This document shows, piece by piece, positions 20,136 to 30,843 of a DNA stretch of 64,000 nucleotides. The notes under the pieces were generated by a model that ran no database searches, was not told the origin of the DNA, and saw nothing but the letters and a program-made list of their open reading frames with translations. The stretch's first letter is position 1. The number at the start of each line of letters is the position of its first letter. Both the position numbers and the translations under genes were made by a program. Origin of the DNA: Alphaproteobacteria bacterium (GTDB taxonomy: Bacteria; Pseudomonadota; Alphaproteobacteria; MPNO01; UBA830); the NCBI GenBank assembly GCA_964291215.2, contig OZ219791.1, positions 1,440,001-1,504,000 on the forward strand, written 5' to 3'.

Positions 20136-20414
20136 CTATCCCTGACGGCGATAGAAGACGTTGACGTTGACGCTGTCCCACACGTCGGCATGATACAGCG
20201 GATCGTTTTTCTGGAAGGTGTCGATTTCCTCGCGGCTATCGGCATTCACGAGAAACAGGCTTCCGATCATCGCCTTGTTGGCGTCGTCCATGATCGGACC
20301 CGATATCACGATATCGATGGGCTCAGTGGCGAGATAAGCCCGGTGCGCGTCGATCGCCGCCAGACGGCGTTCAAGTGCGCCCGGCTTGTCGAGACAGTGT
20401 ATGACCCAGAGCAT
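20136..20414 (-). CDS. YciI family protein
   Basis: CLDKPGALERR...AHRAYL...SGP...MIGSLFLV...DPLY. Confidence 0.85.
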   Translation of the reverse strand: MLWVIHCLDKPGALERRLAAIDAHRAYLATEPIDIVISGPIMDDANKAMIGSLFLVNADSREEIDTFQKNDPLYHADVWDSVNVNVFYRRQG

Positions 20415-20639
20415 CGGCCCCTCCATTCGGCGTACGTCTCTCGCCCGCGTGCGACGCGGGGTGCTGAAAGACATCGCATGGCTCGACGGCATTCGCAAGG
20501 GATCGGCAACAGGATCGCGGCCGATCACGCCTGTTCCAAAGGGTGCAGTTCTCGTATGGCGAATCCAAATCATTGATTTAACGCGGTTGTGCGGTCGCGA
20601 GGCAGCGGCGAAAACGGGTTTTCGTGACTATCGCCCGTT

Positions 20640-21010
20640 TCAGGACAGGATTTTGTCACAACCCCCGCGGCATCGACAGGTGATCCGGGCGCTGCGCCAC
20701 CTTCGCGACACCGTGGCGCCAACGGGCCAACATCGACAGGGAACCGTTCTTCTTCCGCAAGCATCGCCACCGAATGCGCTACCGCGCGCTGAAGCAACCG
20801 GCTCGGGAATTGTCGAGGCGGCAAACAAGACCCTCGTCACACAGCGCATGAAACGCTCCGGCATGCGCTGGCGCATCGTCGGCGGACAATCACCTTCCGC
20901 GCCCTGCTCGAATCCGGCCGCTTCGAGAGCGCGTGGACGGCCATGATCGGTGCAGACGACGTACCAGCCAACGACAACATCAGCCCAAATCACACCCCGG
21001 CACTGGCCGC
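20640..21010 (+). mobile_element. ISKra4-like transposase C-terminal remnant
   Basis: GSGIVEAANKTLVTQRMKRSGMRW..GGQ motif, frameshifted. Confidence 0.7.
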
Positions 21011-21724
21011 ATGAGATGAACAAGTGGTACTGAGCCTGCAACTGTGCCATACGAAACTCCCACCCTTGGACGCTGAAGCTGCTGGCTGGCCGTCTGGTGG
21101 AGATGGAGATCGTCGAGAGCATTTCGAAGGAAACGGTACGGGGGCAATGGTTTGAAGTTGAATTACCTGATGTGTCTTCATGTCGAGATCAGATGTTTTC
21201 GACCCCGTTTGTCCACTTGTGAAGGCCGTGGTGCAACCATTTCGTCAATGTTCCCTATTTGTTTTATGAAGCCGTAGAACTGTCGGGCTTGCGCAGGAGA
21301 TCAGGGAACGCGGCGTCCGGCCACGCCATCGGCGGGTAAGGTAAGGGGAGACGCAAACGATCTTTCCGCGCTCAAGGTAACGGCGCTGGCGCACGACGAC
21401 ATGGCAGCGCTGCACCACGGGATGCGCGGCAAGCCCTGCCCGGACCCGGACAACCGCCAAGTATATGTGCAACTCGCCGACGATCTGCAGCATGGCGCTT
21501 TCGGGCGAACCGCCGCGTCCCTCAAGCAGGTCATGGGCCGTAGCGCGAGCGCCGGTTTCCTCCACCCGCGCTTCGCGCCTCCCGATCACTCCCCGGCCAG
21601 GCCGCGCGGCACGAACTCGCGCCAGCCGCCGTCGGCAAGCGCCTCTGCCTTCGGGACCCAGCGCCGCACCTGCGAGCGCATCCAGCTGTCGGAGGTCCAT
21701 GTCGCTGCCACGTCCTTCTTGCCC

Positions 21725-21900
21725 CCAATGTTGCAGGATATTTTGAATCTTCTATACAGCACTGATTTTACTGGTTTTTCCCGGCCTCCGGCAAATCAAG
21801 CCTGTTTCCAGATAGCGGCCCGAGACCGGATCGATCCGAAACGAGGCGTTGCCGGCTCGCGCATGCCGACAAACGGTCCATCGCCCGAAGGGCATGACGA
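21725..21900. repeat. Conserved ~175-bp non-coding element, copy B
   Basis: Inverted copy of 7754-7929. Confidence 0.92.
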
Positions 21901-22231
21901 TGATTCCGCTGCGGGATGACAACCCGGCCCGTCTCCCGCCGCGCGCGTGAAACGCCGTCGAGTCGTTCGGCGAGCGGACGGACAAGCCGGGACTGGCCGT
22001 ACATCCGCGGACACCGGTCCGAATGCGCCGGGCGGCAATCGTGTGGCGGCCGTGAGCTTCGGAGCGTGCGCATCCGGCGTGTCGGCGGTTCGGGGCAGGG
22101 CTGGCGCGCATGTCCGGGGCGGTGGAAATCCCCTGACCGATCCCTTTGCAAGGCAGGCCGGCGGTCTCCAGAGTGACGCCGGTTGCCGGGCCGTTGCGGG
22201 CGGCGCCGGGAAGGACCTGGAGGAGAGCGGG

Positions 22232-22331
22232 ATGGGCGCGATCGAACCGGAATTCATGGGCACGCGGCATGTGGCGGCGCGGCTCGGGCTCTCGCCCCGC
22301 ACGCTGGGGGCTGCCGGGTGAGCGGGGGCGC
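22232..22331 (+). pseudogene. Excisionase-like HTH remnant, second copy
   Basis: MGAIEPEFMGTRHVAARLGLSPRTL, then frameshift and truncation. Homologous to 557-726. Confidence 0.8.
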
Positions 22332-22511
22332 CCAAAGGGTAGCCAGAACGGCGCAAGCATGAGAAGGAAGAACGACAAGCCTGACTTGACTGCGACCGCC
22401 ACCGTTCCGGTCAATCCCGGCTGACCGAAAACCAGGTGCCCGGAGCCACGCCCAAGGCTGGTCGCGACTTGCCGAAACCCCTGGACAGAATCACTGAAAT
22501 CCGCAATCTTC

Positions 22512-23791
22512 GATTACGCAACCTGATGTCTGGAAATTGTCGAGAAGCTCTCAGTCATCGAGCTGTTCCCATTTGATGTATGCCTTGGTTTCGGTTTCCC
22601 ATTTTTCGTCGATGAGGACCGCGGTTGAGAGGCGCTCCAACGAGGCGAGGTTCGGAAAGACCCTGACTTTGGAGGTGCGCCGCTTGAGCTCTTGCTGGAT
22701 CGGCCGCTCGATACCGTTCGAGGTTCGCATACGTTTGCGGTGAGCATCGGGCAAGGTGAAGACAGCGAGCCCCGCATTCTTTTCCAGCCAGTCTGCGAAG
22801 CCTGGATGCTTGTCGCGATAGCTGGCCACGAGGGCGCCCAGTTCAGCCTCGGCGGTTTGGAGTGAGGACGCATGGCTCCGAGCTGTTTTCCAATACGTTT
22901 CCTGATGTCGTTGTTCGGTGCACGGCGTTTTGCGCCAGGTGGAACTGGCAGCGCTGCCATGTCGCCGCGCCCAGCACCGCGCGTCGTGCCGCTTTCAGCC
23001 CAGCATGGTCATCCGAGACGATGAAGGTCGTACCATGCAGGGCTAGCAAGCTTTCCAGGAAGGCTCTCCAATGGACCTCGGCCTCGGAGAGCGCCACAGA
23101 GAGCCCCAGAACGTGCCTGCAGCCCCTGTTCCGATGGCCGAGAGTACCCCGCGCGACATCGCGCACAACGCCGTCATGGCGGGCTTTTTCGTAGCGCGCA
23201 TCGAGGATCAGGTATTTCATCAGCCCAAGGGGCCGGTTGCGCCAGGCGGCGAGTTCTTCATCGAGCAACCTGGTGGCCCGGCTGACCTGAGAAGAGGACA
23301 GGCTCCCGAACTCGCGCATTACATCCTGCCGTGTGGAAACACCCTTGATGTACATCTCGGCTACGGCGCGAGAAGATCGCTGGCCGCGTTCAAGCGACTG
23401 GGGATAGAACGGGTCGTTCCCGTGACCGTTTGGCACCTGAACGGCAACAGTGGGGGTGTCGATCCGTTTGTAGCCGTTGGCATAGCCCTGTCGCTCCGGC
23501 GTCCGTTCGTAGTGGCCCGCTTTCAAGTACTGCTCGCGCTCGATTTGCATCGCAAGCTCGAAGAGCTGACCAAAGACCCGCCCCAGATCCGTTGCTCCGT
23601 TTGCGATCAGATGTTCCAAAACAGCCTCAATCGTCGTAGTGTGTCGCAGGTCCATTCGCTTCCTCCATGAAGGTTTACAGCTCCATGGGATAGCACGATG
23701 GCGCCGCGTTTCACTGGGGGGCTAGCCCCCCAGTGAAACGCCTCAAAGCGCAAACCTCAGACAAATTTCCAGACATCAAGTTACAGTACCC
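22512..23791 (-). mobile_element. IS256-family element, full span but decayed
   Basis: Transposase 23655 to about 22551 (EMYIKGVSTR, ILDARYEK, SDDHAGL, WQRCQFH). Imperfect TIRs gggtactgtaacttgatgtctggaaatttgtc / gattacgcaacctgatgtctggaaattgtc. Confidence 0.92.
23706..23741. repeat. Perfect 36-bp palindrome in the IS256 5' UTR
   Basis: gcgtttcactggggggctagccccccagtgaaacgc. A second copy near 24518-24552 has one G fewer. Confidence 0.9.
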
Positions 23792-23821
23792 AATCTTTCT
23801 TCGTTGAGGAAAGGAAGAGCA

Positions 23822-24167
23822 ATGCAGGATCTCGCGGAAAGAATACCAGATACTGAACAGTTTCTGGTCCTGGAATCGGAGGAACTCGGCGCAAAGCTGT
23901 TGTTTGTGCTGCGTCAACGGATCAAGAAAGGCGGCAAGTCGGTGCATCTTGGCAATTTCTTGAACGACATGACAGTAACTGGAAACCGCAAACGCGTATC
24001 CGATATTTGGTCCGTCGAGAAATTCGAGAAATCAGAAGAAGAGATAAAGGTCGCCATTTGTGAGGCTTGGGCATGGCTGGAGGCGCAGGGGATGCTCATC
24101 CCGAGCCCTGACATTAATGGCCAACACAGTTTCCGCATCCTGAGTCGACGGGCACATCAATACGAAC
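23822..24167 (+). pseudogene. N-terminal part of a TIGR02391-like protein, truncated by IS30
   Basis: MQDLAERIPDTEQFLVLESEELGAKLL...AICEAWAWLEAQGMLIP...LSRRA. AT-richer DNA than the flanks. Confidence 0.55.
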
Positions 24168-24467
24168 CCCCGTTCCATAGTGAAGTGCAACACATGATGG
24201 GCTATGGCCATGTGTTTTTAGACGCATGATGTTGCGGAGCGGTAGCGGCGAGAGTTCCTGTACAAGATGGAGGGAGCTTGTTCATGTCCAAAGGCTACCG
24301 TCACCTACGAAGAGCGATGCCAGATTGAGGCAGAAAAGCGGTCTTTCACAAGGTGCGATTGCTCGGCAGCTGGGCCGTTCAACAATTTTCCGGGAGATCA
24401 AGCGCAACACCGGGGGACGGGGTTATCGTCACAAGCAGGCGCAAAGGATGGCAGAAACGCGCGTAGT
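24167..24467 (+). mobile_element. IS30-family 5' remnant
   Basis: End sequence ccccgttccatagtgaagtgcaacac; SGLSQGAIARQLGRSTIFREIKRN. Near-identical to 55560-55860. Confidence 0.88.
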
Positions 24468-24800
24468 GGGTACTGTAACTTGATGTCTGGAAATTTGTCT
24501 GAGGTTTGCGCTTTGAGGCGTTTCACTGGGGGCTAGCCCCCCAGTGAAACGCGGCGCCATCGTGCTATCCCATGGAGCTGTAAACATTCATGGAGGAAGC
24601 GAATGGACCTGCGACACACTACGACGATCGGGACTGTTTTGGAACACCTGATCGCAAACGGAGCAACGGATCTGGGGCGGGTCTTTGGCCAGCTCTTCGA
24701 GCTTGCGATGCAAATCGAGCGCGAGCAGCACTTGAAAGCGAGCCACTACGAACGGACACCGGAGCGACAGGGCTATGCCAACGGCTACAAGCGGAACGAC
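24468..24800 (+). mobile_element. IS256-family 5' remnant, divergent from 22512-23791
   Basis: Inverted copy of about 23460-23791; MDLRHTTTIGTVLEHLIANG...GYANGYK. Confidence 0.9.
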
Positions 24801-24994
24801 AATTCCGGCGGGACGGAGAGGTGGTTCCGCTGAGCGGCCTAGGCGAAATGCTTGACGGGCTGTAGCGAAGGACCCTGATCCGGAACCGCGCTCTTCTCCC
24901 AGAATCGGCGCATCCGTGAAGTTGCACCGTCTGCGCAAACGGTGCGATCCGGCCGGCAACCACATCTGAAACCGGCGATGCCGCTCCGGGGTGA

Positions 24995-25915
24995 CTATCC
25001 CGACGGGCGGAAGGGCCGCGCCAGCGATGCAGGGAAGTGGAGCATGAGAATCTGCCGGTTGCGGGAAATGATCACGAGAACCGCGATGGTAGCAAGATAG
25101 GGAAGCGCGGACAGGAGTTGCGAGGGAATCGCAAGGCCAAGCGCCTGGCCCTGCAACTGCAGGATGGTCACGCCGCCGAACAGCCATGCCCCCGCCATCA
25201 CCCGGAACGGCCGCCAGGTCGCGAACACGACGAGTGCGAGCGCGATCCATCCCCGGCCCGCTGTCATATTTTCGACCCAGAGCGGAGTATAGGCAATGGA
25301 CAGATAGGCGCCGCCCAGTCCGGCCATCAGGCCGCCGAACAGCACCGCAAGATAGCGGATTGCGATTACCGAATAACCGATCGCATGCGACGACTGCGGC
25401 GATTCCCCGATGGTGCGGACCACGAGGCCGGACTTGGTGCGATACAGTACCCAGGTGATCACACCGAACAGGATGAAGGACAGGTAGACAAGCGGGTCGT
25501 ACTGGAAGAGCAGTGGCCCGATCACGGGTATGTCGGCAAGGATGGGAATATGAAACGCCGACAGTGCTTCGACCGGGGTGCTGCCGAAGCCGCGCCCGAT
25601 CGAGGCCGAGACGCCGGAGCCGAAGATCGTCAGCGCTAGTCCCGCCGCGTACTGGTTGGTCATGAAGGTCAGCGCGAGGATGCCGAAGATCAGGGACGCT
25701 GCCGCGCCCGCCGCCGCCGCCGCCGCTATCGCCACCGACATGGGAAATCCCGCAAACGACACCCATACCGCCACCGCCGCACCGATAAGCATCATGCCCT
25801 CGATGCCAAGATTGACGACCCCCGACTTTTCGACAACGAGCTCGCCGAGAGCTGCGAATATCAGCGGCGTCGCGGCAATCACCGTTCCCGTAAATATGGC
25901 GGTGAACAGGTCCAT
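24995..25915 (-). CDS. Nucleoside/purine (CUT2-type) ABC transporter permease
   Basis: ATPLIFAALGELVVEKSGVVNLGIEGMML, GRGWIALALVVFATW, ALPY. Confidence 0.92.
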   Translation of the reverse strand: MDLFTAIFTGTVIAATPLIFAALGELVVEKSGVVNLGIEGMMLIGAAVAVWVSFAGFPMSVAIAAAAAAGAAASLIFGILALTFMTNQYAAGLALTIFGSGVSASIGRGFGSTPVEALSAFHIPILADIPVIGPLLFQYDPLVYLSFILFGVITWVLYRTKSGLVVRTIGESPQSSHAIGYSVIAIRYLAVLFGGLMAGLGGAYLSIAYTPLWVENMTAGRGWIALALVVFATWRPFRVMAGAWLFGGVTILQLQGQALGLAIPSQLLSALPYLATIAVLVIISRNRQILMLHFPASLARPFRPSG

Positions 25916-25920
25916 GGGCT

Positions 25921-26997
25921 TTAGCGTCCCGCAAGCTTGATGCGATAGAAGATGAGGAAATCGGCAGCCAGCAGGAAGAACAGCAGCATGCCCTGGAATA
26001 TCCGTGTCAGTGACGACGGCATGCCCAGGCTCAACTGGACCGCTTCGCCGCCAAGATAAAGGAGCGCCAGCAGCAGCCCGCCGAACACGATTCCGAACGC
26101 GTTCAGGCGGCCGATGAATGCGACGATGATGGCGGCGAACCCGTATCCCGGAGAAATCTGCGGCGACAGTTGCCCGAGCGGACCCGCTGCCTCGGCCATG
26201 CCGGCAATGCCGGCGGCCGCGCCGCCGATGAGAAGGCCGAACCAGATCGAAGCCGAGTCCGAGAAACCCGCATAGCGCGCCGCCGCCGGCGCCTCGCCAC
26301 TGACCGCCATCTGGTAGCCAAGAAAACTGCGGCCGCTGAAGATCCACATCGCGAATACTGCGACCACGGTGATGAAGATCGAACCGTTGACACGGTAGGC
26401 GCCATGCAGCGGATCGAACATGGCCGTCGGCGGCAGGAGTGCCGTCTGCGGGTAGTTGAATCCGGCCGGATCGCGCCACGGCCCGTGAACCAGATAGGAG
26501 AGCAACAGCGTCGCCACGTAGGTGAGCATCAGGGTGACAAGTATCTCGTTGGTGTTGTAGCGATCGCGCAGAAATGCCGGTATCGCCGCCCACAGCATTC
26601 CGCCGGCCATGCCAGCGACCAGCATCAGGGGAAGGACCGCCGCGCTTTCGCGGTCGGGGAAGAAGAGGCCCACCCCCGTCGCCATGATGGCGCCGATTAC
26701 GAGTTGCCCCTCGGCCCCGATATTCCAGACATTGGCGCGAAACCCGATCGCGAGCCCAAGCGCGATCAGGATCAGCGGCGACGCCTTCAGAAGCAGTTCC
26801 GAGACCCCGTTGAGAGAACTCACCGGTTCGACGAAAAACGCCTCGAACGCGGCCACCGGGTCATGACCAAGTGCGGCAAACAGGATCGAGCCGCACAGAA
26901 TCGTGAGCGCGGTCGCCATCACGGGCGCGGCGATCCGCATCGTCGCCGAAGGTTCGGTGCGCCGATCGATGACCGGCCAGAGCGGAAGAGCTCCCAT
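25921..26997 (-). CDS. Nucleoside/purine ABC transporter permease
   Basis: FRANVWNIGAEGQL, NEILVTLMLTY, GYGFAAIIVAFIGRL. Confidence 0.92.
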   Translation of the reverse strand: MGALPLWPVIDRRTEPSATMRIAAPVMATALTILCGSILFAALGHDPVAAFEAFFVEPVSSLNGVSELLLKASPLILIALGLAIGFRANVWNIGAEGQLVIGAIMATGVGLFFPDRESAAVLPLMLVAGMAGGMLWAAIPAFLRDRYNTNEILVTLMLTYVATLLLSYLVHGPWRDPAGFNYPQTALLPPTAMFDPLHGAYRVNGSIFITVVAVFAMWIFSGRSFLGYQMAVSGEAPAAARYAGFSDSASIWFGLLIGGAAAGIAGMAEAAGPLGQLSPQISPGYGFAAIIVAFIGRLNAFGIVFGGLLLALLYLGGEAVQLSLGMPSSLTRIFQGMLLFFLLAADFLIFYRIKLAGR

Positions 26998-27005
26998 CGA
27001 ACGCC

Positions 27006-28538
27006 TCAGGCCCGGGCGCGGGTCATGAGAAGCCCGACTTCCTCGTAAGTCGTCTGCCCGCGCTCAAGCGAGCGCGACAGCGAGCCTTCGCACATGACCA
27101 GGATCCGGTCGCAGATCTCGAACAACTCGTCGAGCTCCTCCGAGATCACGAGGATTGCCGCTCCCGTCCGGCTGATATCGATGAGAGTCTGGCGTATGTA
27201 TGCCGCCGCGCCGACATCGACGCCCCAGGTTGGCTGCGACACCAGAAGGATGCCGGGCCGCAGCTCGATCTCACGCCCCACAATGTACTTCTGGAGGTTG
27301 CCGCCCGACAAACTCTGGGCGAGGCTGTTGACGCCGTTGGTCCGGACATTAAACTTCTCGATGACGTTGCCGGCATATCCCCGCGCGCGACGGCGGTCCA
27401 CCAGGCCGCGCCGTATCATGCCGGTCCGGTGACCGGTAAGGATCGCGTTCTCGCTGAGCTGGTGGGGCGGAACGGCGCCGCGGCCAAGCCGTTCCTCGGG
27501 CACGAACGCAAATCCGAGCCGCCGCCGCCGCCCTGCACCGAGATGGGCAACGGGCTTTCCGAACATACTTATCGCGTCAGGCGTGGCATTTAGCGTCCGC
27601 TCTCCGCTCAGCAGGCCGGCAAGCTCAGCCTGGCCGTTGCCCGATATGCCGGCAATCCCGACGATCTCTCCGCCGAAGACCTCGAAAGAGACATCTGCGA
27701 TGCGGGTGCCGAACCGGTCGGCGGGCTCCGCCGACAGGTTCCGCACCTTGAGGACCGGCTCTGCGCTGCGTTCCGCAGGCTCTGCGTGAGTCTCGGGAAG
27801 CTCGGTTCCGACCATCAGCCGCGCGATGTCCTCCGTCGAGGCAGCCCGGGGATCGACCGTGCCGACAACCCTGCCGTTCCTCAGCACCGTCGCGGTGTCG
27901 CAGAGTTCCTGCACTTCATGCAGCTTGTGGCTGATGTAGAGGATGCTGCATCCCTCGCCAGCCAGCTGGCGAAGCGTCTCGAACAGCCGCGGCACGGCCT
28001 GCGGCGCCAGCACCGATGTGGGCTCGTCGAGAATCAGCAGGCGCGGGCTCTGAAGCAGGCAGCGCACGATCTCGACGCGCTGGCGTTCACCGACCGAAAG
28101 CGTGTGGACCAGCCGCCCGGGATCGATCGGCAGGCCGTAGCGCTCGGACACTTCCGAGATCTTCCCCGAGAGCGCGTCGAGGTCGAACCTGCCCCCGACC
28201 GAGAGCGCGATGTTCTCGACCACGGTGACCGATTCGAACAGCGCGAAATGCTGGTAGACCATCTCGATGCCGAGCGCACGCGACACCGCAGGGTTGTGGG
28301 CGCGGATCGGTTCGCCGTCGCACAGGATTTCCCCCTCGTCGGCAAGCACGGCGCCGTAGATGATCTTCATCAGGGTGCTCTTGCCGGCGCCGTTCTCGCC
28401 GAGCACCGCATGGATCTCGCCCGGCATGACGGACGCAGAAATCCCGTCATTGGCGACGACGCCGGGATAGCGCTTGCGGATGCCGCGCAGTTCCAGCCGT
28501 GGAATCATGTCTGCGAACCGGCGCCCGGACCCGGTCAT
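27006..28538 (-). CDS. ABC transporter ATP-binding protein (tandem domains, CUT2)
   Basis: GENGAGKST, LSVGERQRVEI, ILDEPT, LSGGNLQK, QPTWGVDVGA. Confidence 0.93.
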   Translation of the reverse strand: MTGSGRRFADMIPRLELRGIRKRYPGVVANDGISASVMPGEIHAVLGENGAGKSTLMKIIYGAVLADEGEILCDGEPIRAHNPAVSRALGIEMVYQHFALFESVTVVENIALSVGGRFDLDALSGKISEVSERYGLPIDPGRLVHTLSVGERQRVEIVRCLLQSPRLLILDEPTSVLAPQAVPRLFETLRQLAGEGCSILYISHKLHEVQELCDTATVLRNGRVVGTVDPRAASTEDIARLMVGTELPETHAEPAERSAEPVLKVRNLSAEPADRFGTRIADVSFEVFGGEIVGIAGISGNGQAELAGLLSGERTLNATPDAISMFGKPVAHLGAGRRRRLGFAFVPEERLGRGAVPPHQLSENAILTGHRTGMIRRGLVDRRRARGYAGNVIEKFNVRTNGVNSLAQSLSGGNLQKYIVGREIELRPGILLVSQPTWGVDVGAAAYIRQTLIDISRTGAAILVISEELDELFEICDRILVMCEGSLSRSLERGQTTYEEVGLLMTRARA

Positions 28539-28578
28539 GGCGCCCCGCCGTGCGGGGCGCCATGGACACGTCGAGAGT

Positions 28579-29667
28579 CTAGCCGAGCTTGCCGATCATG
28601 CCGGCAACGAACCAGTCGAACTTGCGAATGTCGGGATTGGACAGGACGCCGCCCTTGGCGACCCGCACCTTGCCCGCCTGGTCCTTGATCTCGCCGGCAT
28701 AGGGATGAAGCTTGCCGTTCCTGATCGACTTCTCGGTTGCCGCCAGCTTAGCGCGGACATCGGCGGGAATGGCATTGTTGTAGGGCGACATTCTGACGAC
28801 GCCCTCGGCAAGGCCCTGCCATCTGACCGTGGACTTCCACGTTCCGGCCGCAACCGCCTTGGCAGCGGCAACATAGACGCTGCTCCAGTCGAGCATGAAG
28901 GCCGTGAGATGGGTCTTGGGCGCGAACTTCGCCATGTCGCTGGCATAGCCGACCGACCAGGCTCCCTTCTCGCCGGCTACCTGGACGCCGGTGGCAGTAT
29001 CCGTCATCGAGCAGATGACGTCGCAACCTTGGGAAATCAGCGTGTTGGTCGCCTCCTTCTCCTTGCCCGGATCGAACCACGAATTCAGGAAGATCGCGCT
29101 GCAGGTGATCTTGGGATTGACGCTCTGGGCGCCGAGAAGCAGGGCATTCGCCGGACCGACGATATCGGGAATCGGGAAACCGCCCACAAAGCCGATCTTC
29201 GCGGCCTTGGACACGTGCCCCGCGGCCACGCCGGCGACATAGGTGCCCTCGTAGTACTTGGCCTCGAACGTACCGAGATTCGGAAGATGGACGATTCCCG
29301 AGCAGTGCTCAAAGGCGACCTTCGGAAAGCGCGGCGCGACCTTCTGCATCGGCGTGCCGTGCGAGAAACTGGTCCCGAAGATGAGCTGGTGTCCGTTGCT
29401 CGCCAGCTGCCGGAAGACGCGCTCGGCGTCCTGGGGCTTGAAGATGTTGTCGATGACGGTGATCTTGACCTTGTCGCCGAGCGCCTCCCGGATCGCGTCG
29501 ACGCCGAGGCTGTGCTGCTTGGTCCAGCCGATTTCGGACACCGGCGAAACATAGACGACCCCGACCCTCAGCGGGTCGGCAGCAACGGCATGGGACGCAA
29601 GGCCGGTGCTAACTAGCGCAGAACCGGCGGCGGCCATGAATTCACGGCGTGTCGTTGACAGTTTCAT
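28579..29667 (-). CDS. BMP-family (purine/nucleoside) substrate-binding protein with Tat signal
   Basis: TRREF Tat motif; IFGTSF, YYEGTYVAGVAAG, GFVGGFPIP, NSWFDPGKE. Confidence 0.9.
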   Translation of the reverse strand: MKLSTTRREFMAAAGSALVSTGLASHAVAADPLRVGVVYVSPVSEIGWTKQHSLGVDAIREALGDKVKITVIDNIFKPQDAERVFRQLASNGHQLIFGTSFSHGTPMQKVAPRFPKVAFEHCSGIVHLPNLGTFEAKYYEGTYVAGVAAGHVSKAAKIGFVGGFPIPDIVGPANALLLGAQSVNPKITCSAIFLNSWFDPGKEKEATNTLISQGCDVICSMTDTATGVQVAGEKGAWSVGYASDMAKFAPKTHLTAFMLDWSSVYVAAAKAVAAGTWKSTVRWQGLAEGVVRMSPYNNAIPADVRAKLAATEKSIRNGKLHPYAGEIKDQAGKVRVAKGGVLSNPDIRKFDWFVAGMIGKLG

Positions 29668-29984
29668 TTGGGCCTCCACTTTGTCTTGTTGCGGGCTTCC
29701 TCGAACGGTCCGTGGCGGATCCGCTGCCGGTCGGACCTGCAGCCGGCCCCGCCCGTCCCGCGCCATCGCTCTCGGGAACGGACGGAGTCCGATCATCAGT
29801 CTTATAGCCGCCAAACCCCGGCAATGACAGATGCTGCACGAGCTGATTCCGCCATCGAGCCAATCCCGTCCACCGGGTTCTCCACAGGCAGCGTTCCGCC
29901 GCACCAAGCCAATGCCTCTGCGCTTGAGTTAGGAAGGATCCCGCAACATAATCCCGCAGCCTACCCCAGCACCGGAACGCAGGC

Positions 29985-30839
29985 ATGGATCTCGCATCGA
30001 ACGCAGGACTGTTTGCGGATTGGCACGTGGTCGCCGACCTTGAGAACCTCCGCCAATCCGGCAGCCACGAGACACGGCTGTTCGGAGAGCATCTTGCGAT
30101 ATCGCGACCCGGCGACGGTTTTCCCGCCGTCGTTCTTGCCGGCGGGAAAACCGTCGCGGCACAGGAGAAGTACGGCTTCGTCTGGGCGAGCCTCGGAGAG
30201 CCGGCTGCCGACATCATCGATATCCCCGAAGCGGAAGAGGGCGACCGCCATATCGTGACCGGGGGCTCGATCGCCGTCCACGCATCGGGATTGCGGGTGG
30301 TCGAGAACTTTCTCGACATGGGGCATTTTCCGTTCGTGCATGCTGGCTGGCTCGGCACCGAGCCGCACACCGAGGTTCCCGCCTACGAGGTTGCCTTCGC
30401 CGGAGACGACCAGATTCTGGCGACCGACTGCAGGTTCTTCCAGCCGGTCGCCTCGCCGACCGCAGAGAGCGGCTTCATGGTCGACTACGTCTACCGCGTG
30501 TTCCGACCCTACAGCGTCGCCCTTTACAAGAGCAACCCGACGCAGCCGGACCGCAAGGACTTCATCGCCCTGTTCGTCCAGCCGGTCGACGAGGAACGCT
30601 GCGTCGCCCATCCGTTCCTGTGCTATCTGATGGACGGAATCGACTGCGCCACGGTGCGCTGGTTCATGCAGTTGATCTTCGCCCAGGACAAGCCGATCCT
30701 CGAGAACCAGCTTCCGAAGAAGCTGCCGCTTGACCCGCGCACCGAGACTCCCGTCCGGGCCGATGCCGTCTCGGTGTCCTACCGGCGCTGGCTGCGGGAC
30801 CGGCGGGTAAGCTACGGCGCCGTTCCGCAGGCGGTCTGA
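29985..30839 (+). CDS. NdmC-like N-demethylase catalytic subunit (Rieske-less oxygenase domain)
   Basis: Mononuclear Fe motifs ENFLDMGHFPFVH and QDKPILENQ; no CxH...CxxH Rieske motif. Confidence 0.8.
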   Translation: MDLASNAGLFADWHVVADLENLRQSGSHETRLFGEHLAISRPGDGFPAVVLAGGKTVAAQEKYGFVWASLGEPAADIIDIPEAEEGDRHIVTGGSIAVHASGLRVVENFLDMGHFPFVHAGWLGTEPHTEVPAYEVAFAGDDQILATDCRFFQPVASPTAESGFMVDYVYRVFRPYSVALYKSNPTQPDRKDFIALFVQPVDEERCVAHPFLCYLMDGIDCATVRWFMQLIFAQDKPILENQLPKKLPLDPRTETPVRADAVSVSYRRWLRDRRVSYGAVPQAV

Positions 30840-30843
30840 AGCC

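Noticed and set aside
21245-21720. ORFs 21401-21919 and 21245-21700
   Set aside because: No confident family match; probably a decayed fragment. The plus-strand ORF runs into the 175-bp repeat.
29668-29984. Purine-sensing riboswitch in the divergent ABC/ndm intergenic region
   Set aside because: Plausible from context, but I could not recognise a consensus; an Rfam covariance search is needed.
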